A DNA stretch of 20,982 nucleotides from Limisphaerales bacterium (lineage in GTDB: Bacteria; Verrucomicrobiota; Verrucomicrobiia; Limisphaerales; SIBE01): contig JBGAIN010000014.1 of assembly GCA_044225505.1 (NCBI GenBank), positions 62,001 to 82,982 of the forward strand. The letters run 5' to 3'. The position numbers and the translations under genes were made by a program. Position 1 is the first letter of the stretch. Each line of letters starts with the position of its first letter. Shown in pieces: positions 1 to 8,600 of this stretch. Below the pieces are notes generated by a model. That model worked only from the letters and a program-made list of their open reading frames with translations, did no database searches and was not told where the DNA came from.

Positions 1-309
1 AAATTTTGCATCGGGATCTCCCATTGCTGCAGACTCACCCAAAACAAACACGCGCAGGTCGCGCGAGGTTTTGTGGACGGGAATCAAAAACGGATGCGGA
101 TAGCGGACGAGTTCCGCGGGAAAGAAGCGCTTGCCAAAAGCTTGGTTGTCTACGAGGACGGCTTCGTTCTCCACGGATGCGGGCACGAAGAAGTCTGTCA
201 AGCAGCCAATTCCCACCAACCGCAACAATGCCTCCACCAGCGCGAGCACCATCATCGGCACTCCCACTAAGGCCACGATTCGAAACCTGCGACTAAATTT
301 GTCGGCCAT
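1..309 (-). CDS. 5' part of a membrane-anchored SGNH/GDSL-hydrolase-like protein (type usually followed by TPRs); runs off the window start
   Basis: Not in the ORF track. Manual translation from ATG at 309: MADKFSRRFRIVALVGVPMMVLALVEALLRLVGIGCLTDFFVPASVENEAVLVDNQAFGKRFFPAELVRYPHPFLIPVHKTSRDLRVFVLGESAAMGDPDAKF. It has an N-terminal TM helix ending in E-x-x-L-R and an SGNH block-I-like motif RVFVLGESAAMG (G-E-S at nt 39..31). No stop codon before the edge. Confidence 0.85.
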   Translation of the reverse strand, partial: MADKFSRRFRIVALVGVPMMVLALVEALLRLVGIGCLTDFFVPASVENEAVLVDNQAFGKRFFPAELVRYPHPFLIPVHKTSRDLRVFVLGESAAMGDPDAKF

Positions 310-315
310 GCGCGA

Positions 316-363
316 ATTCACAGTCTCTCGGGTTGTCAGCAAAAAGCAGCCGAGGCTGTGAAT
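316..363. promoter_or_regulatory. Imperfect inverted repeat/hairpin immediately upstream of the 309 start codon
   Basis: ATTCACAG (316-323) pairs with CTGTGAAT (356-363); inner CTCGG/CCGAG pairing around an A-rich loop. Confidence 0.4.
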
Positions 364-528
364 ACGACTGTTTAACGACTTTCTGGGAGGTCACAAGTTG
401 GTTTTGAGATATTACAGAATCACGCTGGCGACGATTTACCATCGTGGCAGCTCGGTTCTGTGCGTTTAGGTTTCTCCTTGCTTGGAACCGTTTGACTGCC
501 AAACGTATTACTCAACAACCCGAACCAA

Positions 529-2784
529 ATGCACCGTATCATTTGCCATTGGATTACGCACGTTTTGCTTGCTGGAGCATGGTTCACATACCGAGTCTAC
601 GGCGCAAACGCCCCCGTTGCCGATAGCACTCGTGCCATGGCGGAGCGTCTGGACAAAATCATCCAGTCAGCCAATCCCTTGGAAAACCCCTTTATGAGCG
701 CGGAGCGCGCTCAGGCTTTCGCCGACCAGATGGCGACCGCGCGCACCCCAGCGCAAGTCTTAAACGCGCAGACACGTTGGGCGATGGAACTCCTGAATGC
801 CGGCGAAACCGATCGAGCCATCGAACAGTTCCGTCAACTCGCCGACGCCTATCAAAAGAGCGGCCTTCGAATACCGCAAGCCAACCAAACGATGCTTCGA
901 AATCTCCGCGCGATTGCATACTTGCGCCAGGCCGAGCAAGACAATTGCCTGAGCAATCACACCTCTGAATCGTGTCTATTTCCCATTCGGGGATTGGGAG
1001 TACATTCGGTGCAGCGCGGTTCACGCGCCGCCATGGAAGTGTTGCTGGAGCAACTTCGAGAGGTTCCTGATGACCTGCGTGCGCGCTGGCTCCTAAATGT
1101 AGCGGCGATGACACTCGGCGAGTATCCCGAAAAAGTGCCTTCGCAATGGCTCCTCGATCCGAGCCTCTTTCAATCGCCCTACGACATCAAACGTTTCCCG
1201 GAAATATCAGCCGCGTTGGGGCTGGACATCGACGACCTGGCCGGAGGATCAATCGCGGAGGATTTCGACGGAGACGGTTATTTGGATGTTATGGCATCCT
1301 CAATGGCTCTCCGAGGACAACTCCGATACTTCCACAATCAAGCGGATGGGACTTTTGCTGAACGAACAGAGGCATCGGGGCTCCAGGGCGAGATAGGAGG
1401 ACTTCAGATCCTTCAAACGGATTATAATAACGATGGGTTCCCGGACGTCTTGGTATTACGCGGCGGCTGGATGTTGGAAGGCGGCAAATATCCAAATTCG
1501 CTGCTCCGCAATAACGGCCATGGGACGTTTACAGACGTCACGGTCGAAGCGGGGCTCCTTAGCTTCCACCCGACGCAGACGGCGGTTTGGTTCGATTTTG
1601 ACCTCGACGGTTGGCTCGACCTTTTCATTGGCAACGAATCGAGTGAGGGATACGCCCATCGCTGCGAACTCTATCGTAACAATCGAGACGGCACTTTCAC
1701 TGAGTGCGCCCCGACAATGGGAGTGGCTGTTGTCGCTTATGTCAAAGGCGTGACCAGCGCGGATTTCAACAACGACGGATGGCCAGATCTCTACCTCTCT
1801 TGCCGTGGACAGCCCAATATTTTGTTCCGCAATGACGGTCCCAGCACAGGGACGACATCCACCAATTCATGGAAATTCACTGATGTTAGTGTCGCGGCGA
1901 GAGTCACCGAACCGCTCGTCAGTTTTCCGACATGGTTCTTCGACTATGACAATGATGGGTGGCCAGATCTGTTTGTCTCCGGTTACGACTTGAAGAATCT
2001 CGGCGATATCGCTGCGGATTATCTTGGGCGCCCGTTTACGTCGGAGCGGCCACGGCTATATCATAACGACCGCGATGGAACGTTCTCCGATGTTACCCAC
2101 GCTTCGGGCCTCGATCATCTTCTCCACACCATGGGCTGCAATTACGGCGATCTCGACAATGATGGGTATCTCGACTTCTACCTGGGAACGGGCGATCCCA
2201 ACCTGGGCACGCTCATCCCCAACCGGATGTTCCGCAATTCCGCCGGAAGAAGTTTTCAAGATGTTACAGCGTCCGGCGGCTTTGGACATCTTCAGAAAGG
2301 GCACGGCGTCTCATTCGCGGATTTTGACAATGATGGAGACGAAGACATCTACACCGTGATGGGTGGTGCCTACCCAGGAGACCATTACCGCAATGCATTC
2401 TTCGAAAACCCTGGGCATGGCAATCATTGGATTTGCCTCAAGCTTGAAGGCCATCAGTCCAATCGTGCGGCGATTGGCGCCCGTATCAAACTGGTTACGG
2501 AAAATGCCGCCGGCACAACTCAGACAATATTCAGAACCGTCGGAACCGGGAGCAGTTTTGGCGCAAATCCGTTGCGCCAGGAGATAGGACTAGGCGATGC
2601 GAAGGCGATTCGCTCGCTCGAGATTTTCTGGCCGGTGACAGGCAAAACCCACGAGGTTGCCGGATGCGTTCGCGACCGTTTTTATCGCGTGCAGGAAGGG
2701 AAATCAGATCCGACTCCGTGGATGTTGAAAACGTTTCGATTAAAATCGAACGCTTCAGATCCGCATGCCCACCATCGTCATTAG
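529..2784 (+). CDS. CRTAC1-family protein: N-terminal helical/TPR-like region, FG-GAP/VCBS-type Ca-binding repeats, C-terminal ASPIC/UnbV domain
   Basis: 751-aa ORF with a signal-like N-terminus. Seven D-x-D/N-x-DG-x-x-D motifs (DFDGDGYLD, DYNNDGFPD, DFDLDGWLD, DFNNDGWPD, DYDNDGWPD, DLDNDGYLD, DFDNDGDED) and recurring 'LxxNxxDGTFxDV'. ASPIC/UnbV-like tail GNHWICLKLEG..SNRAAIGARI..GLG..IFWP. Confidence 0.92.
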   Translation: MHRIICHWITHVLLAGAWFTYRVYGANAPVADSTRAMAERLDKIIQSANPLENPFMSAERAQAFADQMATARTPAQVLNAQTRWAMELLNAGETDRAIEQFRQLADAYQKSGLRIPQANQTMLRNLRAIAYLRQAEQDNCLSNHTSESCLFPIRGLGVHSVQRGSRAAMEVLLEQLREVPDDLRARWLLNVAAMTLGEYPEKVPSQWLLDPSLFQSPYDIKRFPEISAALGLDIDDLAGGSIAEDFDGDGYLDVMASSMALRGQLRYFHNQADGTFAERTEASGLQGEIGGLQILQTDYNNDGFPDVLVLRGGWMLEGGKYPNSLLRNNGHGTFTDVTVEAGLLSFHPTQTAVWFDFDLDGWLDLFIGNESSEGYAHRCELYRNNRDGTFTECAPTMGVAVVAYVKGVTSADFNNDGWPDLYLSCRGQPNILFRNDGPSTGTTSTNSWKFTDVSVAARVTEPLVSFPTWFFDYDNDGWPDLFVSGYDLKNLGDIAADYLGRPFTSERPRLYHNDRDGTFSDVTHASGLDHLLHTMGCNYGDLDNDGYLDFYLGTGDPNLGTLIPNRMFRNSAGRSFQDVTASGGFGHLQKGHGVSFADFDNDGDEDIYTVMGGAYPGDHYRNAFFENPGHGNHWICLKLEGHQSNRAAIGARIKLVTENAAGTTQTIFRTVGTGSSFGANPLRQEIGLGDAKAIRSLEIFWPVTGKTHEVAGCVRDRFYRVQEGKSDPTPWMLKTFRLKSNASDPHAHHRH

Positions 2785-2892
2785 CCTGCCAACCGAGATG
2801 GCGGGTGCGTCCCCGATTCAGGCCCGCTCCCCGTCGCCGCCTGGCTCTTTGTTCCCCTCGCGCCTTTAGCGGGAGTCCACGAGTCGATTCCG

Positions 2893-3684
2893 CTACCGAG
2901 TGGGTGAATAGTCGGTGGGCTTCATCAACAGAGACTTCACGCCGTTCGGCGCGGTCAGGGAGCCGTTGACTTCCGACGCGCTCTTGGCCGCGGTCCATTC
3001 TGGATCGGCACGGAAGGCTTTCCAAGATTGTTCAGAAGCAGCCTGATCGCGATGAGCGACGATGTAAATCAACGTATTCTCTGCTCCTTTATCGCTATCC
3101 GCTGGGACCCAATATCCAACGTTGGTCATTCCGTGTTTGGTAAACAGTTTCAACGTATGATCACGGAATCGTCGATTCAGATCGCTCAGCTTTCCTGGAG
3201 ACGCGGTATAGGTTCGCAATTCAAAAAGACGTGGTTTGTCCGAGCTGTAGGGCGCGATTGCTGGCGAATAGTCTGTCGCGGTCAAGAACAGCGACTCCGC
3301 CTTGGCCACCAACTTGCCATTCGCTTCGGATTCTTTTGCTGCCTTGTGCCATTCTGGATCCGCACCGAACGATTTCCAGGACTTCTCGCGGGCTTCGCGA
3401 CTCGGGTATTCGAGAATATAAATCAGTTTGTTCTCGGGGTTTTCGGTCGGGACCCAATACCCAATGTTCTTCATTCCGTGTTTTTCGAAGAGCTTCAGCG
3501 TATGGTTGCGGAAACGAGCTTGAAGATCCTCCAATTTCCCTGGCGTCGCGTAGTACGTTCGCATCTCATAAAATGCCGCTCCTTTTGCCTCTGCCAAGGA
3601 CGCTCCGGACACAGGAACCGGTCCCGCTATCCAAAGCGTCAGGCCAACCAGCGTCAGCATCCAGGTGAAGAATTGTGATTTCAT
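2893..3684 (-). CDS. NIPSNAP family protein, two tandem NIPSNAP domains with signal peptide
   Basis: Internal duplication YEMRTYYATPGKLEDLQARFRNHTLKLFEKHGMKNIGYWVP / FELRTYTASPGKLSDLNRRFRDHTLKLFTKHGMTNVGYWVP, each followed by W-x-x-F-x-x-DPEW and ending TDYSP. Start moved from TTG 3720 to ATG 3684, which gives an MK + hydrophobic signal peptide. Confidence 0.92.
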   Translation of the reverse strand: MKSQFFTWMLTLVGLTLWIAGPVPVSGASLAEAKGAAFYEMRTYYATPGKLEDLQARFRNHTLKLFEKHGMKNIGYWVPTENPENKLIYILEYPSREAREKSWKSFGADPEWHKAAKESEANGKLVAKAESLFLTATDYSPAIAPYSSDKPRLFELRTYTASPGKLSDLNRRFRDHTLKLFTKHGMTNVGYWVPADSDKGAENTLIYIVAHRDQAASEQSWKAFRADPEWTAAKSASEVNGSLTAPNGVKSLLMKPTDYSPTR

Positions 3685-3749
3685 ACGGCTGAGCCTCGAC
3701 CTGAGATTCGGCGCTGTCAAAACGAAAAGAGTCCTTTATCTTGAGACCT
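3685..3749. promoter_or_regulatory. Candidate back-to-back sigma70-type promoters with overlapping -35 boxes
   Basis: Minus strand: TTGACA (3720-3715), 17 nt, GAGGCT (3697-3692), 7 nt, ATG. Plus strand: CTGTCA (3714-3719), 17 nt, TATCTT (3737-3742), 7 nt, ATG. Confidence 0.5.
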
Positions 3750-5084
3750 ATGAAGCGGACCGTAGCTGCCCTTGTATTCCTTTCTTGCATTGCTCAAACT
3801 CGCGCTGCCGCTCTAGACCCAGGCGACTGGCCTCAATTTCGCGGGCCCAAAGCCGCCGGAGTGAGCTCGAACCCGCAGCTCCCTGACCAATGGTCAGCCA
3901 CAGAACACGTGAAGTGGAAACGCGATTTGGCTGGGCGGGGCTGGTCTTCTCCTGTCGTTTGGGGAAACCGAGTCCTCCTGACCACGGTCGTCAATTCGGG
4001 CGATTCGGAACCGCCCAAGAAGGGACTTTATTTTGGTGGCGACCGACCCGAGCCATCGAAAGCCGAGCACGATTGGAAAGTGCTCTGCCTGGATTTGGCC
4101 ACGGGCGGCTTATATTGGGAGAAATCCGTTCACCATGGAGCGCCAGCCACTCCGATTCATTTGAAAGGGAGTTATGGTGCCGAAACGCCCGTGACGGACG
4201 GCGAACGGGTCTACGCGCTCTTCGGAAATGTCGGTGTCTTTGCACTGACTCTGGATGGCCAAGAAGTTTGGAAACAGCGGCTTGAACCGCGTCCAATGCG
4301 GAACGGCTGGGGTACAGCCGCCTCTCCAGTCTTACACGAGGGCCGACTCTTCATTATCAGTGACAACGAGGCGCACTCGGAACTCATCGCGTTGGATGCA
4401 AAGACAGGGCGAGAGGTTTGGCGGACCGCTCGCGACGAGAAAAGCAATTGGGCGACCCCATTCATTTGGGCGAACGGACTTCGCACGGAGATCATCACGC
4501 CTGGCACCGGGGCGGTGCGCAGCTACAATCTCAACGGCGAATTGCTCTGGTCATTTCGCGGCATGTCTAGCATTACGATTCCGACACCAGCTGCAGGCGA
4601 AGGCTTGCTTTTCGTTAGTTCCGGATATGTAGGAGACAAACTCCGCCCGCTCTATGCGATCCGGCCTGGGGCATCTGGGGATATAACACTGGCTACCAAT
4701 GAAACGACTAATCGTTTTATTGCCTGGTCGAATCCAGTGGCTGCGCCTTACAACCCGTCTCCCTTGTACTATAACGGACGTATTTACGTCCTTTACGATC
4801 GTGGATTAGTGAGTTGTCTTGACGCAAAAACCGGTCGAACGCTGTATGATCGCGAGCGGCTGCCCGAAGGGTTTGCCTTTACGACCTCGCCTTGGGGCGC
4901 CAGGGACCAAGTCTTTTGCCTGAACGAGAATGGCATTTGTTACGTTTTAAGAGCCGGGGATCATTTTGATTTGGTCCGCCAGAACGGACTAGCCGACGAC
5001 GACATGTGCATGGCCAGCCCCGCGCTCGTCGGAGATCGACTGCTAATCCGGACGGCGGCTCGGATTTACTGTTTTAAACAATAG
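3750..5084 (+). CDS. PQQ-binding-like (BamB-like) beta-propeller repeat protein, secreted
   Basis: Signal peptide MKRTVAALVFLSCIAQTRA; WPQFRGP; GWSSPVVWGNRV; repeated 'ALDAKTGREVW', 'CLDAKTG', 'CLDLATG..W' blades; C-terminal ASPALVGDRLLIRT..IYC. ATG 3750 preferred over TTG 3741. Confidence 0.92.
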   Translation: MKRTVAALVFLSCIAQTRAAALDPGDWPQFRGPKAAGVSSNPQLPDQWSATEHVKWKRDLAGRGWSSPVVWGNRVLLTTVVNSGDSEPPKKGLYFGGDRPEPSKAEHDWKVLCLDLATGGLYWEKSVHHGAPATPIHLKGSYGAETPVTDGERVYALFGNVGVFALTLDGQEVWKQRLEPRPMRNGWGTAASPVLHEGRLFIISDNEAHSELIALDAKTGREVWRTARDEKSNWATPFIWANGLRTEIITPGTGAVRSYNLNGELLWSFRGMSSITIPTPAAGEGLLFVSSGYVGDKLRPLYAIRPGASGDITLATNETTNRFIAWSNPVAAPYNPSPLYYNGRIYVLYDRGLVSCLDAKTGRTLYDRERLPEGFAFTTSPWGARDQVFCLNENGICYVLRAGDHFDLVRQNGLADDDMCMASPALVGDRLLIRTAARIYCFKQ

Positions 5085-5101
5085 CATTCGACACGGTACT
5101 G

Positions 5102-5139
5102 TCCGGCATCGCTTACTGTTCAGGGCTTTCGATGCCGGA
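5102..5139 (+). terminator. Hairpin downstream of the PQQ-like gene (possible terminator or stabiliser)
   Basis: Perfect 10-bp stem TCCGGCATCG (5102-5111) / CGATGCCGGA (5130-5139) with an 18-nt loop, 17 nt after the stop codon. No immediate U-tract. Confidence 0.4.
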
Positions 5140-5461
5140 GAGCCTTACTCCTGTTGTTTTCGCCGTTTGTAGAACCGGGTCACCCCGTTCAGTAGCATGG
5201 TCGCGGTTGACGGCTCTCCATCGACCACCGCGCCTTGGGAGCAATGCACACAATCCCGTGGCTCAGCCGCTTGATTTGCCAAACGCGCTACAAAGCAAAC
5301 TTCGAGTTACCCGAGGCCAACTTGGTCTTTCCGAGACCGCAGATAGTCCGAACGAAGTCGAACTGCGGTTCTGACCGGGTTGCATCGAGGGCAGCACCGC
5401 CCGCGGTCAACGAGAGTGGATCGTGCCCCGTTTGGCAAAAAAAGCAGCGCTAGCCCCTGCG

Positions 5462-5504
5462 TTGACAGGTGAACGCGACGCCAAAAGATGTGCGGATCTT
5501 GACA
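5462..5504 (+). promoter_or_regulatory. Candidate promoter region of the hybrid kinase
   Basis: Two perfect TTGACA hexamers (5462-5467 and 5499-5504). The first is followed after 16 nt by AAAGAT, a weak -10. Confidence 0.3.
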
Positions 5505-5637
5505 AGAAACCATTGGCAGGATTCGAGAGCTCTTCGGATACTCCTAGCCGTCCGACTGTCGTTCGTGCATCCGAGGCCAATGCTCCAAGTTGGCGTGCGC
5601 AAAGGTCGTTGTCAGGCCGGGCCGGACCAAGCGATCT

Positions 5638-8600
5638 ATGTTGCAACCGAATCAATCGACATCCGCTGGACCTGCGACGGATCGAACGCTACCGAAATTT
5701 TCCTGGGCGCCAACTCGGTCGCAAGCGATCCGTATTGCACTCTGGTATGCGGCGGTCGGTTCACTTTGGATCGGGGCATCCGACTGGGTCTTGCTCCGCC
5801 TCGTGCAACAACCCGCAGCCATTGAACTCTATGGTAACCTCAAGGGTTGGTGTTTCGTCGCGGTGACGACCCTGCTCTTAGGCACAACGTTAGATCGTTA
5901 CTTTCGGAATCTCCGAGACTCGGCTCGGCGACGCTGCGAAGCCGAGGATCATCTGAGACTCGTCGGCGATAATTTACCGGACAGCTATCTCTATCAATGT
6001 ATCCATGTTCCCGGTGGAAGGCCTACCTTTGTTCACATCAGTGCCGGGGTCAAACGGGTCCATGGTTTTACGCCTGACGAGGTTTTGAGCGACGCAAACT
6101 GCCTGCTCCAGCAGGTTGCGCCTGGTCAACGGGCGACAATGGCTAAAGCCGAAGAAGCCAGTGCCCGCGATCTTTCCGACTTCGAGATAGAGCTTCCGAT
6201 CCGACGTCGCGATGGCTCATCGGGTACGATATATGTGCGCTCACGACCTTCCAAGCTTCCCAATGGCCAGATTCTCTGGGAAGGATTTGTCACCGACGTT
6301 ACCGAGAAGAAAACGCACGAGCGCGAGTTTCAGCGATTGGCGAGGCTCTACGCCATGCTCAGCCAAATCAATCAGTCGATTGTGCGAGTGAAATCGCGCG
6401 ACGAGCTCTTCACGAAAGTCTGTCAGGCCACGACTGCTTTTGGCGGCTTCACCTTAGTGTGGATCGGATGGCTCGACCGTGAAACCCGAAACCTCCGTCC
6501 AGTGCAATGCTCCGGAGCAGCTAGTGTCTATGTCGAAACACTGGTCGGGTCCGCCATAAATCCAATGGAAAGTCGCGACCCTGTGTGCCAATGCGTTCGC
6601 GAACAGAGGCCCAGCATTGTCAATGACTTTCAGGACGACTCGACTGGAGCCGAACAACGCAGTCAAACACTAAAGTACAATCTCCGCGCAGTCGCCGCTC
6701 TGCCTATTCGCCTCCATGGAGAAGTCTGCGGTGCGGTCGCAGTCTACGCCGACGAAATTGGAGTCTTTCAAGACAAGGAAATTGCCTTGCTGGAGGAAAC
6801 GGCGGTGGACATCTCTTTCGCACTTGATCGACTCGACGAAGAGGAGCGACGGCGGCAGGTTGAGGAAGCCTTGGGAGAAAGCAAAGCCAAGCTGGAAGCG
6901 GCCCTGGAGAGCATGACCGATGCGGTGGGCATTGCCAATGCCGAAGGACGCTTTGTAGAATTCAACGAATCCTTCGCAGCATTTCACAGGTTTAAGAACA
7001 AAACAGAGTGCGCCAAGGTCCAGACCGATTACGCAGCCTTGCTCGATGTCTTCACGGTCGACGGGAAGACCGCTCCGCTGTCGGATTGGCCTGTTCCACG
7101 AGCCCTGCGTGGCGAGACAGTGACCAACGCCGAATACAGCTTGCGGCGCAAAGACACCTCCGAAACGTGGACCGGAAGTTTTAGCTTTGCGCCCATTCGC
7201 GACAAAGGCGGCACGATCGTTGGTTCCGTTGTGGCCGGGCGCGACATCACCGAGCAACGTCATTCTGAGGAAAAAGTACGGTTGTTTCGCGCACTCATCG
7301 AACGTTCGCCCGATGAGATTCATGTGATCGATCCCTCCACCGGGCGCTTTCTCGACGTCAACGAAAGCGCGTGGCAGTCGCTCGGCTACACCCGCGAGGA
7401 ACTGCTCGCGTTGACCTGGTCCGACGTCGCGCCGGGTTTAGATCACGCTTTGTTGGGAAGCAATGCGCGGACTTTGGGCCATGTCGCCATGGACGCCCTG
7501 CACCGGCGCAAGGACGGCTCTACTTATCCGGTCGAAGTCAGCCTCTCGGGCATAGTCCTCGAACGGGAATATCTGGTCGCCATCAATCGAAACGTTACGG
7601 AACGTAAACAAGCTGAGGAGGAACTCCGCGAGAGCGAATGTCGGTTTCGCACCTTCGTAGAAACAGCGCCCGAAGCCATCTTTGTGCGGACGAACAACCG
7701 TTTTGCTTATTTAAACCCTGCGGCGTTGAAAGTGTTTGGCGCCTCCTCGGAAAATCAATTGCTCGGCCAATCGCCGTTAGAGCGGTTTCATCCGGACGTC
7801 CGAGACCAAGTCGCGATTCGAATGAGACAACTCGACATTGATGGAGAGCCAACCTTAAGCAGCGACCGGGAGCTGCTGCGCCTGGATGGAACCTCTGTGC
7901 ATGTCAGTATTTCAGCGGTCTCAGTTTTATATCGAGGCCAACCGAGTGCGCTCGTGTTCGCTCGGGACATTAGTGATCGCAAACGCGCCGAGGCTTCGAT
8001 GCGCGAGCGACTGGAATTGCAGAACCAGTTTGCCAAGGTCGCAGCCACGGTCCCTGGAGCGATTTACTCTTTCCAACTTCGGCGCGACGGCACCATGGCG
8101 ATGCCTTATGCCAGCGCGTCCCTTCTTGGCATCTTCGGGGTCGATCCAGAACAAGTCCAACAGGACGCGACTCCGATTCTAGCCTTGATCTACCCGGACG
8201 ATATCCAGCGAGTTCGGGATTCAATTCTCACTTCTGCGCAAACGCTACAACCTTGGCGGGAGGAGTTCCGCACGGCGCATCGTCAACTGGGCACGATTTG
8301 GGTAGAAGGCCACTCTGTGCCGCAGCTCGCCCCAGACGGCAGTGTCCTATGGCACGGATTTCTCCATGATATTACCAGTCGCAAACTCGCGGAGGAACAA
8401 CTGCGAAAACTCTCGCGCGCGGTCGATCAAAGCCCGGTTTCAATTGTGATTACCGATGCCAAAGGAACGATCGAATACGTCAACCCGAAGTTCACGGATT
8501 TAACCGGTTACACGTTGGCCGAAGTGCGGGGGAAAAACCCGAGCGTTTTGAAAAGTGGAACTACGCCCGCCTCCAAGTATGCCGCGCTCTGGAAAACGAT

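Noticed and set aside
6..361. Short plus-strand ORFs (6..296, 73..270 with His-rich end, 131..361)
   Set aside because: Antisense shadows of the minus-strand SGNH-like gene.
529..2784. UnbV domain as a sign of an enediyne biosynthetic cluster
   Set aside because: No PKS or other enediyne genes in the window; ASPIC/UnbV proteins are common outside such clusters.
3028..3678. 216-aa plus-strand ORF
   Set aside because: Lies antisense to the well-supported NIPSNAP gene; no motifs.
3750..5084. Calling the propeller bamB or a PQQ dehydrogenase
   Set aside because: No lipobox or bam/der context and no recognisable catalytic features; it fits the expanded PQQ-like family of PVC bacteria.
5132..5866. 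ORFs of 68-147 aa in the gap before the kinase
   Set aside because: Mutually overlapping, Arg/Ser/Pro-rich, without motifs; none convincing.
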